In this document: piece by piece, positions 1 to 9,167 of the stretch
Numbering within the stretch: position 1 is the first letter of the stretch
Layout: each line of letters opens with the position of its first letter
From: Pelotomaculum sp. UBA4789
Lineage (GTDB): Bacteria; Bacillota; Desulfotomaculia; Desulfotomaculales; Pelotomaculaceae
Length of the DNA stretch: 64,000 nt
Direction: 5' to 3'
NCBI GenBank assembly: GCA_002402945.1
Contig: DHGV01000001.1
Span: forward strand, 2,180-66,179
Notes under the pieces: generated by a model
Told to the model about the DNA's origin: nothing
Databases searched by the model: none
What the model saw: only the letters and a program-made list of their open reading frames with translations
Position numbers and translations under genes: made by a program

Positions 1-892
1 GTTCATGCTTATGCTTTTCAGTGACAGCCAGGCAGGCGCCAAGTATCATAAAGCCCAAAGCGATCAAAAAAACAGTTGAAATCGATTCCCTTAAAACGAC
101 CCAGGAGATCACTACCCCCATGAACGGCGCTGCAGCATAATAGGCGCTTGTTCTTGCCGCCCCCAATTCTCTTTGCGCGGTAACGTAGAAAAAGATACTC
201 AAGCCATAAGCGACAAAACCCAAAGCCAGGGCTAGGACGATGTAAAACAATTTTGCGGATAAATCCCCCCATGTGGATGCGATGACGAGAGCGCCAAGAC
301 CGGAGCCAACCCCCTTGATCATCACAACCTGCAGCGGATCTTTGATCGAGAGGATTCGGGTGCAATTGTTCTCAAAGCCCCAAAATATACAGGAAAACAG
401 GACAAACAAAGCGCCTATGGATATACTTATCGCTGCTGCATCTCCGGCTGTGAGAATGATACTGGCCAGAGAAATGAAAGCGATTGCCAGCCACAGCCTT
501 TTGCCAACTGCTTCTTTGAAAATAATCATGGCAATAACCGAAGTGGCCGCAATTTCAAAATTACCCAAAAGAGCTGCGGTGCTGGAATTCGTCATGCTGA
601 TACCGATCATTAAACTGATCGGTGCGGCAATATCCAGCAATATCATTAAAACGACAAAGGGCATTTCCTTTTTTGTGAGTCTGGCCTCTGTGGCTGTAGG
701 CTTTTGATATTTTTTCAAGAAATAAATTATGGACATGCCCAGCCCGGCGCCAAGATAAAGCAGCGCCGCCAGAAACAACGGGTTTATTTCTTTAAGCAAA
801 AGCTTGGAAAATGGCGCGTTTATCCCAAATAATAACGCTGCTATAAGCGCATATATCACCGGCAGATATTTTTTCACAATATCAGTCCTCAT
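1..892 (-). CDS. EamA/DMT-family transporter, 3' end runs off the window; His-containing tail starts at the edge
   Basis: Not in the ORF track because no stop falls in the window. Manual translation from ATG 892: MRTDIVKKYLPVIYALIAALLFGINAPFSKLLL...LLYLGAG...GFVAYGLSIFFYVTAQRELGAARTSAYYAAAPFMG...AVTEKHKHE. Confidence 0.85.
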   Translation of the reverse strand, partial: MRTDIVKKYLPVIYALIAALLFGINAPFSKLLLKEINPLFLAALLYLGAGLGMSIIYFLKKYQKPTATEARLTKKEMPFVVLMILLDIAAPISLMIGISMTNSSTAALLGNFEIAATSVIAMIIFKEAVGKRLWLAIAFISLASIILTAGDAAAISISIGALFVLFSCIFWGFENNCTRILSIKDPLQVVMIKGVGSGLGALVIASTWGDLSAKLFYIVLALALGFVAYGLSIFFYVTAQRELGAARTSAYYAAAPFMGVVISWVVLRESISTVFLIALGFMILGACLAVTEKHKHE

Positions 893-978
893 AATCAGCC
901 ATTATCTTTGGAGCCTTATTTATATCTTCCTTGATAATACTACAATTTCAAGCCGGGTGTCTTTCCCAAAATAAACAT

Positions 979-1014
979 AAAAAGCAAGGCATCCAGAGAA
1001 GAATGTCTTGCTTT
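979..1014 (-). terminator. Rho-independent terminator after modC
   Basis: Minus strand AAAGCAAGACATTC-loop-GATGCCTTGC-TTTTT. Confidence 0.6.
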
Positions 1015-1133
1015 AATAGTAAAGGCAGCATATCCATACTGCTATTTCGCTGATTTGACAGTGCTGTTGGCCAGCACGACTGTTTTTTGGGAGCATATAT
1101 GGGTGACTGACTACACTCCGGATGATAGTTGTA

Positions 1134-2228
1134 TTAATTCGGTATTAAATGAATATCGTCAACATCTACACTAATTTTGACCCTTGAACCTTTTTGCAGG
1201 TTTAGTCCTTTCCACTCATTGTTTGAAAGTACAGCTCTATAGTTACCCTCCCCCTTGCAGACAACCTCCATATGAGTGCTGAGGCAATTAATCCGTTCAA
1301 TAAATCCGTACCAGCTGTTCATGTTCATATTCCCGGTGCAATCCACCACAGGGCTCAGACTGAGATGGCCTGCCCGAATCAACAGGGTGACCTCAGCGGA
1401 GTTCTGGTTCGGCAAATTTCTTCTGTCTATTGGCCCGATTAGGATAGGACCATGCTTCTCTTTGAAATAGGACCGGCCTTCCCTCCGTTCGATTCTTCCC
1501 TGCAGCAAATTTTCCCACATCAAGAAATTTGCCAGGGCCATCGATGCGGGTTGGAAAAACACATCCTCAGTCTTGCCCTCCTGCAGGATCCGGCCATCGT
1601 CCATAACAATCAAATGGGTGCCAAGCTGCAAGGCTTCATTAAAATCATGAGTCACATGGATGATCCCTGATTCTTCTTTATTATGGAGGTTCTGCAGCAG
1701 CTCCCTGATGGAGCTGCGCGTTTGGGGATCAAGGGACGAAAGGGGCTCATCCAGCAAAAGGAGAGGCGGTTTCATCAGAAAAGCCCTGGCCAATGAAACC
1801 CGCTGCTTTTCCCCTCCGCTCAAAAACCGTGGGAACCTATTCAGTAAATGACTGATACCCATCGCCTCGGCCAAATCACCCGCCCTTTTCCGCACAGAAG
1901 GGTCCGTGTGAAGTCTGGCAGCCCTGGCAGCAAATAGAATATTGTCCCTGACATTGAGGAAGGGAAAGAGCAGGCTGTCCTGATAGGCGAAACCAAACCT
2001 CCTGGCTTCAGGGGGCAAATGGGTGATATCCATACTATCAAGAAGAATTTTCCCTCCGGTCGGACGGCGCAACCCTGCTAATGTTTCCAACAGCACAGTT
2101 TTCCCGCAGCCTGTTGGCCCGAGGATCACAAGATACTGCCTTGCTTCCAGGGAAAAAGAAATATCTTTCAGTTGGAATTTTCCCGCCTTGCAATTAAGGT
2201 CCTGCAATGTAAAGAACTTTGGTTTCAA
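1134..2228 (-). CDS. modC: Molybdate/tungstate ABC transporter ATP-binding subunit
   Basis: Walker A GPTGCGKT, LSGGE signature, LLLLDEP, VTHD; TOBE-like C-terminus; next to modB and modA. Confidence 0.85.
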   Translation of the reverse strand: MKPKFFTLQDLNCKAGKFQLKDISFSLEARQYLVILGPTGCGKTVLLETLAGLRRPTGGKILLDSMDITHLPPEARRFGFAYQDSLLFPFLNVRDNILFAARAARLHTDPSVRKRAGDLAEAMGISHLLNRFPRFLSGGEKQRVSLARAFLMKPPLLLLDEPLSSLDPQTRSSIRELLQNLHNKEESGIIHVTHDFNEALQLGTHLIVMDDGRILQEGKTEDVFFQPASMALANFLMWENLLQGRIERREGRSYFKEKHGPILIGPIDRRNLPNQNSAEVTLLIRAGHLSLSPVVDCTGNMNMNSWYGFIERINCLSTHMEVVCKGEGNYRAVLSNNEWKGLNLQKGSRVKISVDVDDIHLIPN

Positions 2229-3049
2229 ATCCTCACTTCTTTCCCCAGGAATAACTTCAGAGTAATCAGGGCAACGAGGGCAATCAGCAGCATCACAATA
2301 GCTGTAGAAATAGCAAACTTCAAATCCCCCATAGACATGTTCAGAAATATGGCCACGGAGAGGGTTTCCGTTTTCATTCTGGTGATACCGGCCAGCATGG
2401 CCGTTGCCCCAAACTCGCCGATAGTTCTGGTCCAGGTCATGATCAGCCCGCTGATGATACCGTTTTTGGCTAAGGGCAGCGTCACTTTCACGAAGACTTT
2501 TCCCGGAGAGAAGCCCAAGGTGCGGCCGATGTTTTCCATGCGGGGGTCGATAGCATCAAAGGCCTGCTTGATGATTTTCACCGCGTAAGGGGTAGCGATA
2601 AACCACTGGGCCACCACAACACCCCGTTGTGAAAATACGACCTCCAGGCCAAACCTGGTCAGGAAGTCCCCCAGAATCGGCCCAAGGAGAATCAGCAGGG
2701 CTATCCCGCTGACCAGAGGGGGCATAACGATGGGAATATCCACCAATGTGTCCACAAAGGCTTTGCCGGGTATCTTATAACGGGAAAGCACATACGCCGA
2801 GGGTATGGCAAACAGCGCGGCCAGCCCTGTGGCCAGCACTGAAGTCCACAGGGTGAAAACCATAGCGAAGTGGAACTCCTTCTGCAGTAAAACGATCCTG
2901 ACTGTCTCCCAGTCAGCGTAGCTTAAAAGACCTCCGATAAGAAAGACCATAAACAGGACCAGGAAGATGAACAGCAGCCAGAAACAGCCAAAGAGAAGAC
3001 TTCGGCTGTTATCCCTGGCTGCAGCTCCATTATTTCGCTTTAAAGCCAT
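2225..3049 (-). CDS. modB: Molybdate/tungstate ABC transporter permease
   Basis: DIPIVMPPLVSG and RTIGEFGAT motifs, multiple TM segments; ATG at 3049 chosen as start (uncertain). Confidence 0.85.
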   Translation of the reverse strand: MALKRNNGAAARDNSRSLLFGCFWLLFIFLVLFMVFLIGGLLSYADWETVRIVLLQKEFHFAMVFTLWTSVLATGLAALFAIPSAYVLSRYKIPGKAFVDTLVDIPIVMPPLVSGIALLILLGPILGDFLTRFGLEVVFSQRGVVVAQWFIATPYAVKIIKQAFDAIDPRMENIGRTLGFSPGKVFVKVTLPLAKNGIISGLIMTWTRTIGEFGATAMLAGITRMKTETLSVAIFLNMSMGDLKFAISTAIVMLLIALVALITLKLFLGKEVRI

Positions 3050-3806
3050 ACTTGGCAAATACAGCCGGGCCCTCTTCCGCGGCAAACTTCATGAAGGCGT
3101 CAGCTTGCTCCTTATTGGTGGAGTATTTCAGGGTGGCAACCGGGATCGCTTCGATTTCATTTACTTTCGGGTCTATCTCGACTACCTCGATCTTATCCCT
3201 ATCCTTTAAAGTATTGCTTAATTCCACGATTCCCGCATTTCCCTGACCCATTGTGATGGCGGTCAAGACCTTAGCCGGCGTTTCCATGCTGGCCAGTATG
3301 TTTTGTTCTGCTTTTGCGGCTATGCCCACTTTTGCGAAAATCTTAAAGGCCGTTTTTCCCAGCGCGGTGGCTTCCTTATCAGGGATCACCAGTTTGATGC
3401 CGTCATTGGCAAGGTCCTCTACTTTGGTTATTTTGGCCGGATTGCCCTTGGGAGTGATGATGACCGGGGTGATGTAGGCTACTGGTCCAGCCGAGTTTTC
3501 TATGTGCCCGGCTTGCTTGGCTTTCTCCACGAAGGAATTGTTGCCCGGCAGATAGATATCGCCTTTTTTCGTGGTTTCCAATTGGTTGAGCAATGCCCCG
3601 GAGTTGTTAAAGGTCATTTCCACCTTGACACCAGTTCTCTGTTCAAACATTTGGGCCAGCTCCGTAACAGGATCTTTTAAGTTTGCGCCGACGTATGCAT
3701 ACAAGGATGACTGCTCGGAGAGCTTCTGTTTGGCGCCGCAGCCCGCAAGTCCTGTCACAAATATTAGCAGCAGCAGCATAGTGATGAATTTTGTTTTTCT
3801 CTTCAT
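3030..3806 (-). CDS. modA: Molybdate/tungstate-binding lipoprotein
   Basis: Lipobox LAGC; GANLK, FNNSGALLNQ and C-terminal FAKYGF are typical of ModA. Confidence 0.85.
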   Translation of the reverse strand: MKRKTKFITMLLLLIFVTGLAGCGAKQKLSEQSSLYAYVGANLKDPVTELAQMFEQRTGVKVEMTFNNSGALLNQLETTKKGDIYLPGNNSFVEKAKQAGHIENSAGPVAYITPVIITPKGNPAKITKVEDLANDGIKLVIPDKEATALGKTAFKIFAKVGIAAKAEQNILASMETPAKVLTAITMGQGNAGIVELSNTLKDRDKIEVVEIDPKVNEIEAIPVATLKYSTNKEQADAFMKFAAEEGPAVFAKYGFKAK

Positions 3807-3862
3807 GGCTATATCTCCTCAAAATAATTTTTTTAGGCATGTTTCCCTTGTTTCCCAGCCCA

Positions 3863-4711
3863 TCAGTTGGTTTTATCGATCACCACCTTAATATCAGCCG
3901 GTTTGCCAAAATAAACGGCTGCAGTAACAATGGCATCAATGCCTGTTTTGGCGTATTCACAGGCGTTGCCCTGGTTGATCCCCCCGGCGGCGATGAGGAT
4001 GATCCCGGGGTATGTTTCCCGGATTTTTTCAACCCATTCTTTGAGTTCCGCTGGGCTGACCTTGTCGAACTGGATTCCGTCGGCTCCGGCTGATGCCATC
4101 CTCACGGCCTCATTGAAGCCCTCAACCTCAACAATCACCTTTTTTTCACAGGCTGTTTTTTTAATCTCAGCCATCTTCTGTACAAGCCCTTCCTGGCCCC
4201 CCATGAAGTTCGAATGCTGCCTGAAGATCAGAATCGTTTCAGAAAGCCCCAGTCTGTGAGGATATGCCCCGCCGGCCATGATGGACTTCAGGGAGAGTTC
4301 CTTGGTTCCGGGAAATATTTTTCTCGTGGCCACTACCTCAATGGAAGGATTTCCTTCCCTGGCCTTATCCAGCAGCTGCCTTGTCCTGGAGGCAATACCG
4401 CAGCAGTATTCCAGGATGTTCTGGCAAACCTTCCAGGCCATGTGCAGGTTTTCCGCTTTACCCTCACCCGCTATTATGACTTCTCCTTTTTTCAGGGCGG
4501 CGCCGCTTTCCAAATATTTGACGGCTTTGATATCCAGCTTCTGAAATATCCGCAGGACCTCTTCCGAGCCCGCCAGTACCCCGTCCTCTCTCGCTGAAAA
4601 CTCAATCCTGCCCTGTTCCTTGCCAATGCCGAGGAGCGTCGTTGTCAAATCTATGTATGGTACGTCCTCCTTGATAAACCTGTCTATTGTTTCATCAGCA
4701 ATATATACCAC
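3863..4711 (-). CDS. modD: ModD protein (quinolinate phosphoribosyltransferase paralog)
   Basis: EDVPYIDLTT, TRKIFPG, HRLGLSET, IQFDK and AAGGI motifs; directly upstream of modA. Confidence 0.9.
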   Translation of the reverse strand: MVYIADETIDRFIKEDVPYIDLTTTLLGIGKEQGRIEFSAREDGVLAGSEEVLRIFQKLDIKAVKYLESGAALKKGEVIIAGEGKAENLHMAWKVCQNILEYCCGIASRTRQLLDKAREGNPSIEVVATRKIFPGTKELSLKSIMAGGAYPHRLGLSETILIFRQHSNFMGGQEGLVQKMAEIKKTACEKKVIVEVEGFNEAVRMASAGADGIQFDKVSPAELKEWVEKIRETYPGIILIAAGGINQGNACEYAKTGIDAIVTAAVYFGKPADIKVVIDKTN

Positions 4712-4739
4712 GATAAGCCTCCTGTTTGTAATAATCTTC

Positions 4740-5639
4740 TTAAACCCTGATTGCCCTCAGAAAATCATCCCAACCATTCCAGACCAGTGAGGAATGTTCC
4801 CCTGTCAACAGCTGGGGAATCGCCACATCGACCGATACGGGCATGAAGGTTTGCAGGGCCAGGTACTCCTGAACTGGTCTGGATAGTAAAAAATCCCCCA
4901 CTTCCAGCAGACGATCATCTGCTTTCTTGTGCCAAACCATCACCAGAGGCATGCATAGCAGTCCTTCCTGCAGCCACTGCAGGCGGATGCTTTTATTGCG
5001 CGAAATCCGGGCAAAGGAAATGTTTGTGATACCCAATGAGTACAGACCCTCATCTACAGCGTTCACTACGTTTATCGGGGTGCCCAGGTGGACCATGTTC
5101 TCGTCATACGCAGAGGATTTTTCGGGATAACACGCTTTCATATACGCCCGAATTGTTTGCGGGCCCATGTGATGTTTGTCCGGCAAGATAACTTTTTTCT
5201 CCCAGCGGTTATCCAGCAGGTCTGCCCAGCTCCGGGGAAGGGCTTCTTCCCGGCTTGCCTTCGGATTGTAAAAAACCGCAAATGGTGTAATGACGAAGGG
5301 ATGAAAGTATCCCTCGGGATCGGCAAAGCCGGCCTCGGCCAGCTCTGGCCGCAACGGAAAGCGACCGGGCACTGAACGGAAATAAGCCTGTAAGGCGCCC
5401 TTTGGAAACCGGTTGAAATAATTGGGATGGCCAATCAGCATGTCTGGCATACTGGCTTCATCCACCTGTCCTGCCGGTTCACGAACTCTCTCCCCAGCGT
5501 CATCTGACGCACAAATGTGCCGGTTGTCGATATTAATGGGTATCCCGAATTTCCTCTCAAATTCCCGGCCATATCCCTTGAGCATTTCTTCGATGGCCCG
5601 GCCGATATTTAACGGCAGCTGCACTAGAATTCTGGCCAT
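4740..5639 (-). CDS. Substrate-binding-protein-fold protein (Fe3+/polyamine SBP-like) with no signal peptide
   Basis: LPRSWADLL SBP motif; N-terminus MARILVQLPLNIG has no hydrophobic signal or lipobox; start 5639 or 5654. Confidence 0.7.
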   Translation of the reverse strand: MARILVQLPLNIGRAIEEMLKGYGREFERKFGIPINIDNRHICASDDAGERVREPAGQVDEASMPDMLIGHPNYFNRFPKGALQAYFRSVPGRFPLRPELAEAGFADPEGYFHPFVITPFAVFYNPKASREEALPRSWADLLDNRWEKKVILPDKHHMGPQTIRAYMKACYPEKSSAYDENMVHLGTPINVVNAVDEGLYSLGITNISFARISRNKSIRLQWLQEGLLCMPLVMVWHKKADDRLLEVGDFLLSRPVQEYLALQTFMPVSVDVAIPQLLTGEHSSLVWNGWDDFLRAIRV

Positions 5640-5653
5640 CCATCCCACTTCCA

Positions 5654-6430
5654 TTAGTCATTAAGATCTGTATCCTGGCCAATGCTGTATCCTTTGCGCA
5701 AGTAATCACGCAGCCCAGCCATCTTCTTTTCCACCCTGGTCAAGTCTGCCAGGACTTTTCTTTCTTCCTGGGTGGTGCGGCAAACTTTTTCCATACCCCC
5801 GTTCTTCATGATGATCCTTTGCTCAGCCATAAGCATCAACGTTGGATCATGGGAGACCACCAGCACGATTTTCCCCTGTCCCGTCAATATTTCCAAGGCC
5901 TGCAGGCGGTCAATCCCGGCATTCTCAATTTCATCGATCAGCACAACCGGTGCATTGCTGATCAGGGCCACATCGGCCACCATGAGAGCCCGGGACTGCC
6001 CTCCACTCAATTGGGTCAGGTTCGTGGAGAAGGTGACCGGCTCACCAGACAAGTGGTTCGTTATCTCCAGCACCTTCATGATGGTGTTCCCCGGGTCATG
6101 GATACTCCTCACCTGGGCATGCATGGTGAGAAATTCTTCGATCGACATATCGATGACGAAATTCATATTTTGCGATACCTGGGCTATTAAATAGCGCAAA
6201 TGCCTTTTGTCCTTACTTTTGTTGACAAGCTGATTGTTGATCAGGACGCGCCTGCCGGTCAGAGTTTCATACTCGGCATGTTGTTCGATATCGGAAATCA
6301 ACTGGGTTTTACCGGATCCTGTTGGCCCGGCCACCGCCAGTACTTCGCCTGCTGCTGCTTCAATTCTCTGGATTTTCTCAGGATGGCCACTTTTATCAAG
6401 ACCACCTAAGATAGTAATTTGTTCAAGCAT
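5654..6430 (-). CDS. ABC-type ATPase with no cognate permease
   Basis: GPTGSGKT, LSGGQ, VLIDE, VSHD. Confidence 0.85.
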   Translation of the reverse strand: MLEQITILGGLDKSGHPEKIQRIEAAAGEVLAVAGPTGSGKTQLISDIEQHAEYETLTGRRVLINNQLVNKSKDKRHLRYLIAQVSQNMNFVIDMSIEEFLTMHAQVRSIHDPGNTIMKVLEITNHLSGEPVTFSTNLTQLSGGQSRALMVADVALISNAPVVLIDEIENAGIDRLQALEILTGQGKIVLVVSHDPTLMLMAEQRIIMKNGGMEKVCRTTQEERKVLADLTRVEKKMAGLRDYLRKGYSIGQDTDLND

Positions 6431-7124
6431 CCATGCCTCTCCTGAAATCTACTTTCTTCACCAGACCCATCTGATGGCTCTGGCCGATCATCGTCTCTCC
6501 GGCACAATAAGAGCATATGGCTGCCGGCATAGAGTTCTTCAGTTCTTTGCCGGTTATGCTGCCTAGCTCCTTACTGTCGATGATCTCGTTTTTCAGCGCC
6601 AGTACTCCCTGCCCTGTCAGACCGTTAATGTCCAAAATCCTAGCCTGTGGATTCTCCATTTCTACCTTATGTCGGAATACCTCCCGTTCAGCCTGGGACA
6701 CTATATCGCCTTTGGTAATGACCACAATATCAGCTGTGCCTAACATCGGCCCAACTTTCTTAGGCGTGTCTATGCCGATCAGATTGTCGATGACACAGAC
6801 AGAGAGACAATCATGCACAGCCGGCGCACAACGATGGCATAGTCCTGCCGTTTCCAAAACCAACACATCTGCATTTTGCTCCCGAGCCCACAACTCCACC
6901 TCTTCTAAGTTGGAAACATAAAAATGATCCGGGCAAATATAGTCACTTAGACCTACAGCTACTGGTATGCCGAGCCGGGAATATTTCACATCATCAGATG
7001 TCTGCAGGCAGTCGATTTTGCACGCTGCCACAACAAGCCCGTTTTTCAGCAGATGGCGGATAGTATGGACCATTACCGATGTCTTACCCGATGAAGGCGT
7101 GCCGGCAACAATAACAAAACGCAT
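6423..7124 (-). CDS. HypB/UreG/CobW-like (G3E) GTPase, Cys-rich
   Basis: GTPSSGKTS P-loop, ICPDH, ETAGLCHRCAP, ITKGD and C-terminal CSYC; ATG at 7124 (MRFVIV) follows an AAGAG RBS. Confidence 0.85.
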   Translation of the reverse strand: MRFVIVAGTPSSGKTSVMVHTIRHLLKNGLVVAACKIDCLQTSDDVKYSRLGIPVAVGLSDYICPDHFYVSNLEEVELWAREQNADVLVLETAGLCHRCAPAVHDCLSVCVIDNLIGIDTPKKVGPMLGTADIVVITKGDIVSQAEREVFRHKVEMENPQARILDINGLTGQGVLALKNEIIDSKELGSITGKELKNSMPAAICSYCAGETMIGQSHQMGLVKKVDFRRGMDA

Positions 7125-7194
7125 GAGGATCACTCTTTTCTTTATATTAGCATCCACCATGACGGAACCACAGAACTTAAAGCTATATAACATT

Positions 7195-7222
7195 GCTTAA
7201 CATAACATATATTATGATATAG
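7195..7222. promoter_or_regulatory. dif-like or operator-like 28-bp imperfect palindrome
   Basis: Minus strand CTATATCATAA-TATATG-TTATGTTAAGC (11-6-11). Confidence 0.4.
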
Positions 7223-7242
7223 CTCTCCTAAATCAATGTCAA
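7214..7242 (-). promoter_or_regulatory. Sigma-A promoter of the GTPase-mod operon
   Basis: TTGACA-N17-TATCAT on the minus strand. Confidence 0.6.
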
Positions 7243-7440
7243 TTATCATATTATAATTTTTGTGTTACCTTATGTATCATTTTATCTGTTTATGTTCTTG
7301 AAGCATTGCTGGTAAATTTTATCCCGGTGGTCAGAATATATCTATTTTTTAATTGAATTTACTTTTTAATTACCATAAAATACCATATATTAATTCTACA
7401 CTTATCCGCGATCTTCGATAAGCATGATTTTCTATACAAT

Positions 7441-7467
7441 AAAAAAACCGGTGTGTTTCTGCACCGG
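7441..7467 (-). terminator. Terminator after the histidine kinase gene
   Basis: CCGGTG-loop-CACCGG followed by a T-run on the minus strand. Confidence 0.65.
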
Positions 7468-7519
7468 CAAGTCATCTTTTCCCCCTCATGGCAGGATTTA
7501 AACTCAGCAACATTAAATA

Positions 7520-8985
7520 TCAGCCCTTTTTGAAAATAATAAAAAATGTGGTTCCTTTGGGGCTGGTTTTAATTTTAATATCGGCGTTATGCCTGGCAGC
7601 AACACTGTAGCAAACCGCGAGGCCCAAACCTGTCCCTTCTTCCTTCGTTGTAAAGAATGGCGTGCCTATCTTATCCAAATCTTCCGCCGCAATCCCGTGA
7701 CCCTGATCACTTACTGTTAAGACTACATCACTTAGGTTCATGTATGTTCTTATTGTAAGTTTTCTGCCGGTATCCATCGCTTCCAGGCCGTTGCGCACCA
7801 GGTTCAAAACCAGTTGACGTATCTCTTTTTCGTCGAGCAGGATATCCACAACTTCATTAAGTTCAAAAACAACATCTTTTTTCCCGCGTACGGCGCTGGC
7901 CTGTATTAAATGGGAAATTGCATTTAAGATTTCGTTTAATCCCTGTTTCCTTAATGTCAGGGGCTTGCTTCTGGCCAGGAAAAGAAATTCTTCAACGATA
8001 GAGTTGGCTTGATGCAGTTCTTCAATTATAAAATCAAAATAAATACTATTTGGTGTTTTCTCTGTTTCAATTTTTAAGATTTCGGCAAAACCGAGAATGT
8101 TCGTCATGTGGTTCCGGATCTCGTGAGCAATAGTAGCTGCCATCTCACCCACCAGGTTCAAGCGATCCAGGTGGGCCATTTCCCTGTTAAATCTTTTGCG
8201 CTCCGTAATATCGTTTACAATGACCAGGACGCACTGCATGTCGTTAATTTCAATAATTTCAGCTGAAAACAGACCGTCGCGCAGCTCGCCTGATTCCTTT
8301 TTAAAGATAATTTCCTTGTTGCGGATACCGCTGTCCTCGCTAAGCTGTAATAATAACTCTTCGCGTTCACCCGGAATGGACCAAAAGCCGCAATCGGATA
8401 TCTTCTTGCCAATAACACTGGCCCTCGTACGGCCGACAGTCTGTAAAAAGACGTCATTAACATCAATGATTGCACCGTCATCCAGCGATGTAATAGACAT
8501 TGGATAAGGGCTGGCGCGGAAAGCCTTGGAAAAACGCTCCTCTGACAGGCGCAGTTCTTTTTCCATTTGCTTGTGCTTGGTTATATCCCGAAAGCATTCA
8601 ATTGCCCCAAGCGGGTTGCCTTTATCATCATAAAGAGGTGAGGCTGTTCCCCACAGGTAGGCCCCTTTCCCAATATGTAAGATTGGACAAAAAGTTTCAG
8701 CAAAAACACGATTGCCTTTTCTTTCCACAAATTTGTAAAGTAATTCGTTCTTCCTGTCTTCCCAAAAAATAAAATCGGCTAGACCAGGCCTTTTTATGCC
8801 ATAAAAAGGGACAGCATAAGCATAATCCCCCCCCTGCCGATTATATCCTCTTTTTTTACACCCGTCATTTCCTCTAAGGCAAGGTTCCAGGCGATCACCC
8901 TGCGTTCCTCGTCTAAGACAAATGTAGCATCAGGCAGAAATTCTACTATATCCAAATAATGAGGAAAAGTCTGATTTATTTCCAT
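7520..8985 (-). pseudogene. Orphan PAS-PAS sensor histidine kinase, frameshifted at a G8 tract (8827-8834)
   Basis: ORFs 8794..8985 and 7520..8728 join if the tract is G6 or G9 (...[24 protein letters not shown]...); H-box AHEIRN, N-box NLVRN, DQGHG and GTGLGL. Confidence 0.8.
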
Positions 8986-9167
8986 ACTACCGTATCACCG
9001 TCCTGCAAATACTTCAATTCTAACTTTTCCCCTATGCGGTAAAACATTAAAATACATATTACCAGTAATTTATATTAGTGTAAACACCTATTTTGTTTGA
9101 CAGCACTCGATAGCCTTTTACGACGTCTCCTGGTGCGGCATAGGTCATCAGCCGGGACATGAGAGCA

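Noticed and set aside
1015-1133. Hairpins between modC and the EamA gene as a Moco or NiCo riboswitch
   Set aside because: I could not recognise the conserved motifs of either family, and the stems lie 3' of modC ahead of its terminator.
7195-7222. Chromosomal replication-terminus dif
   Set aside because: Gene-strand bias does not switch here and the XerC arm is divergent; it is kept only as a dif-like or operator candidate.
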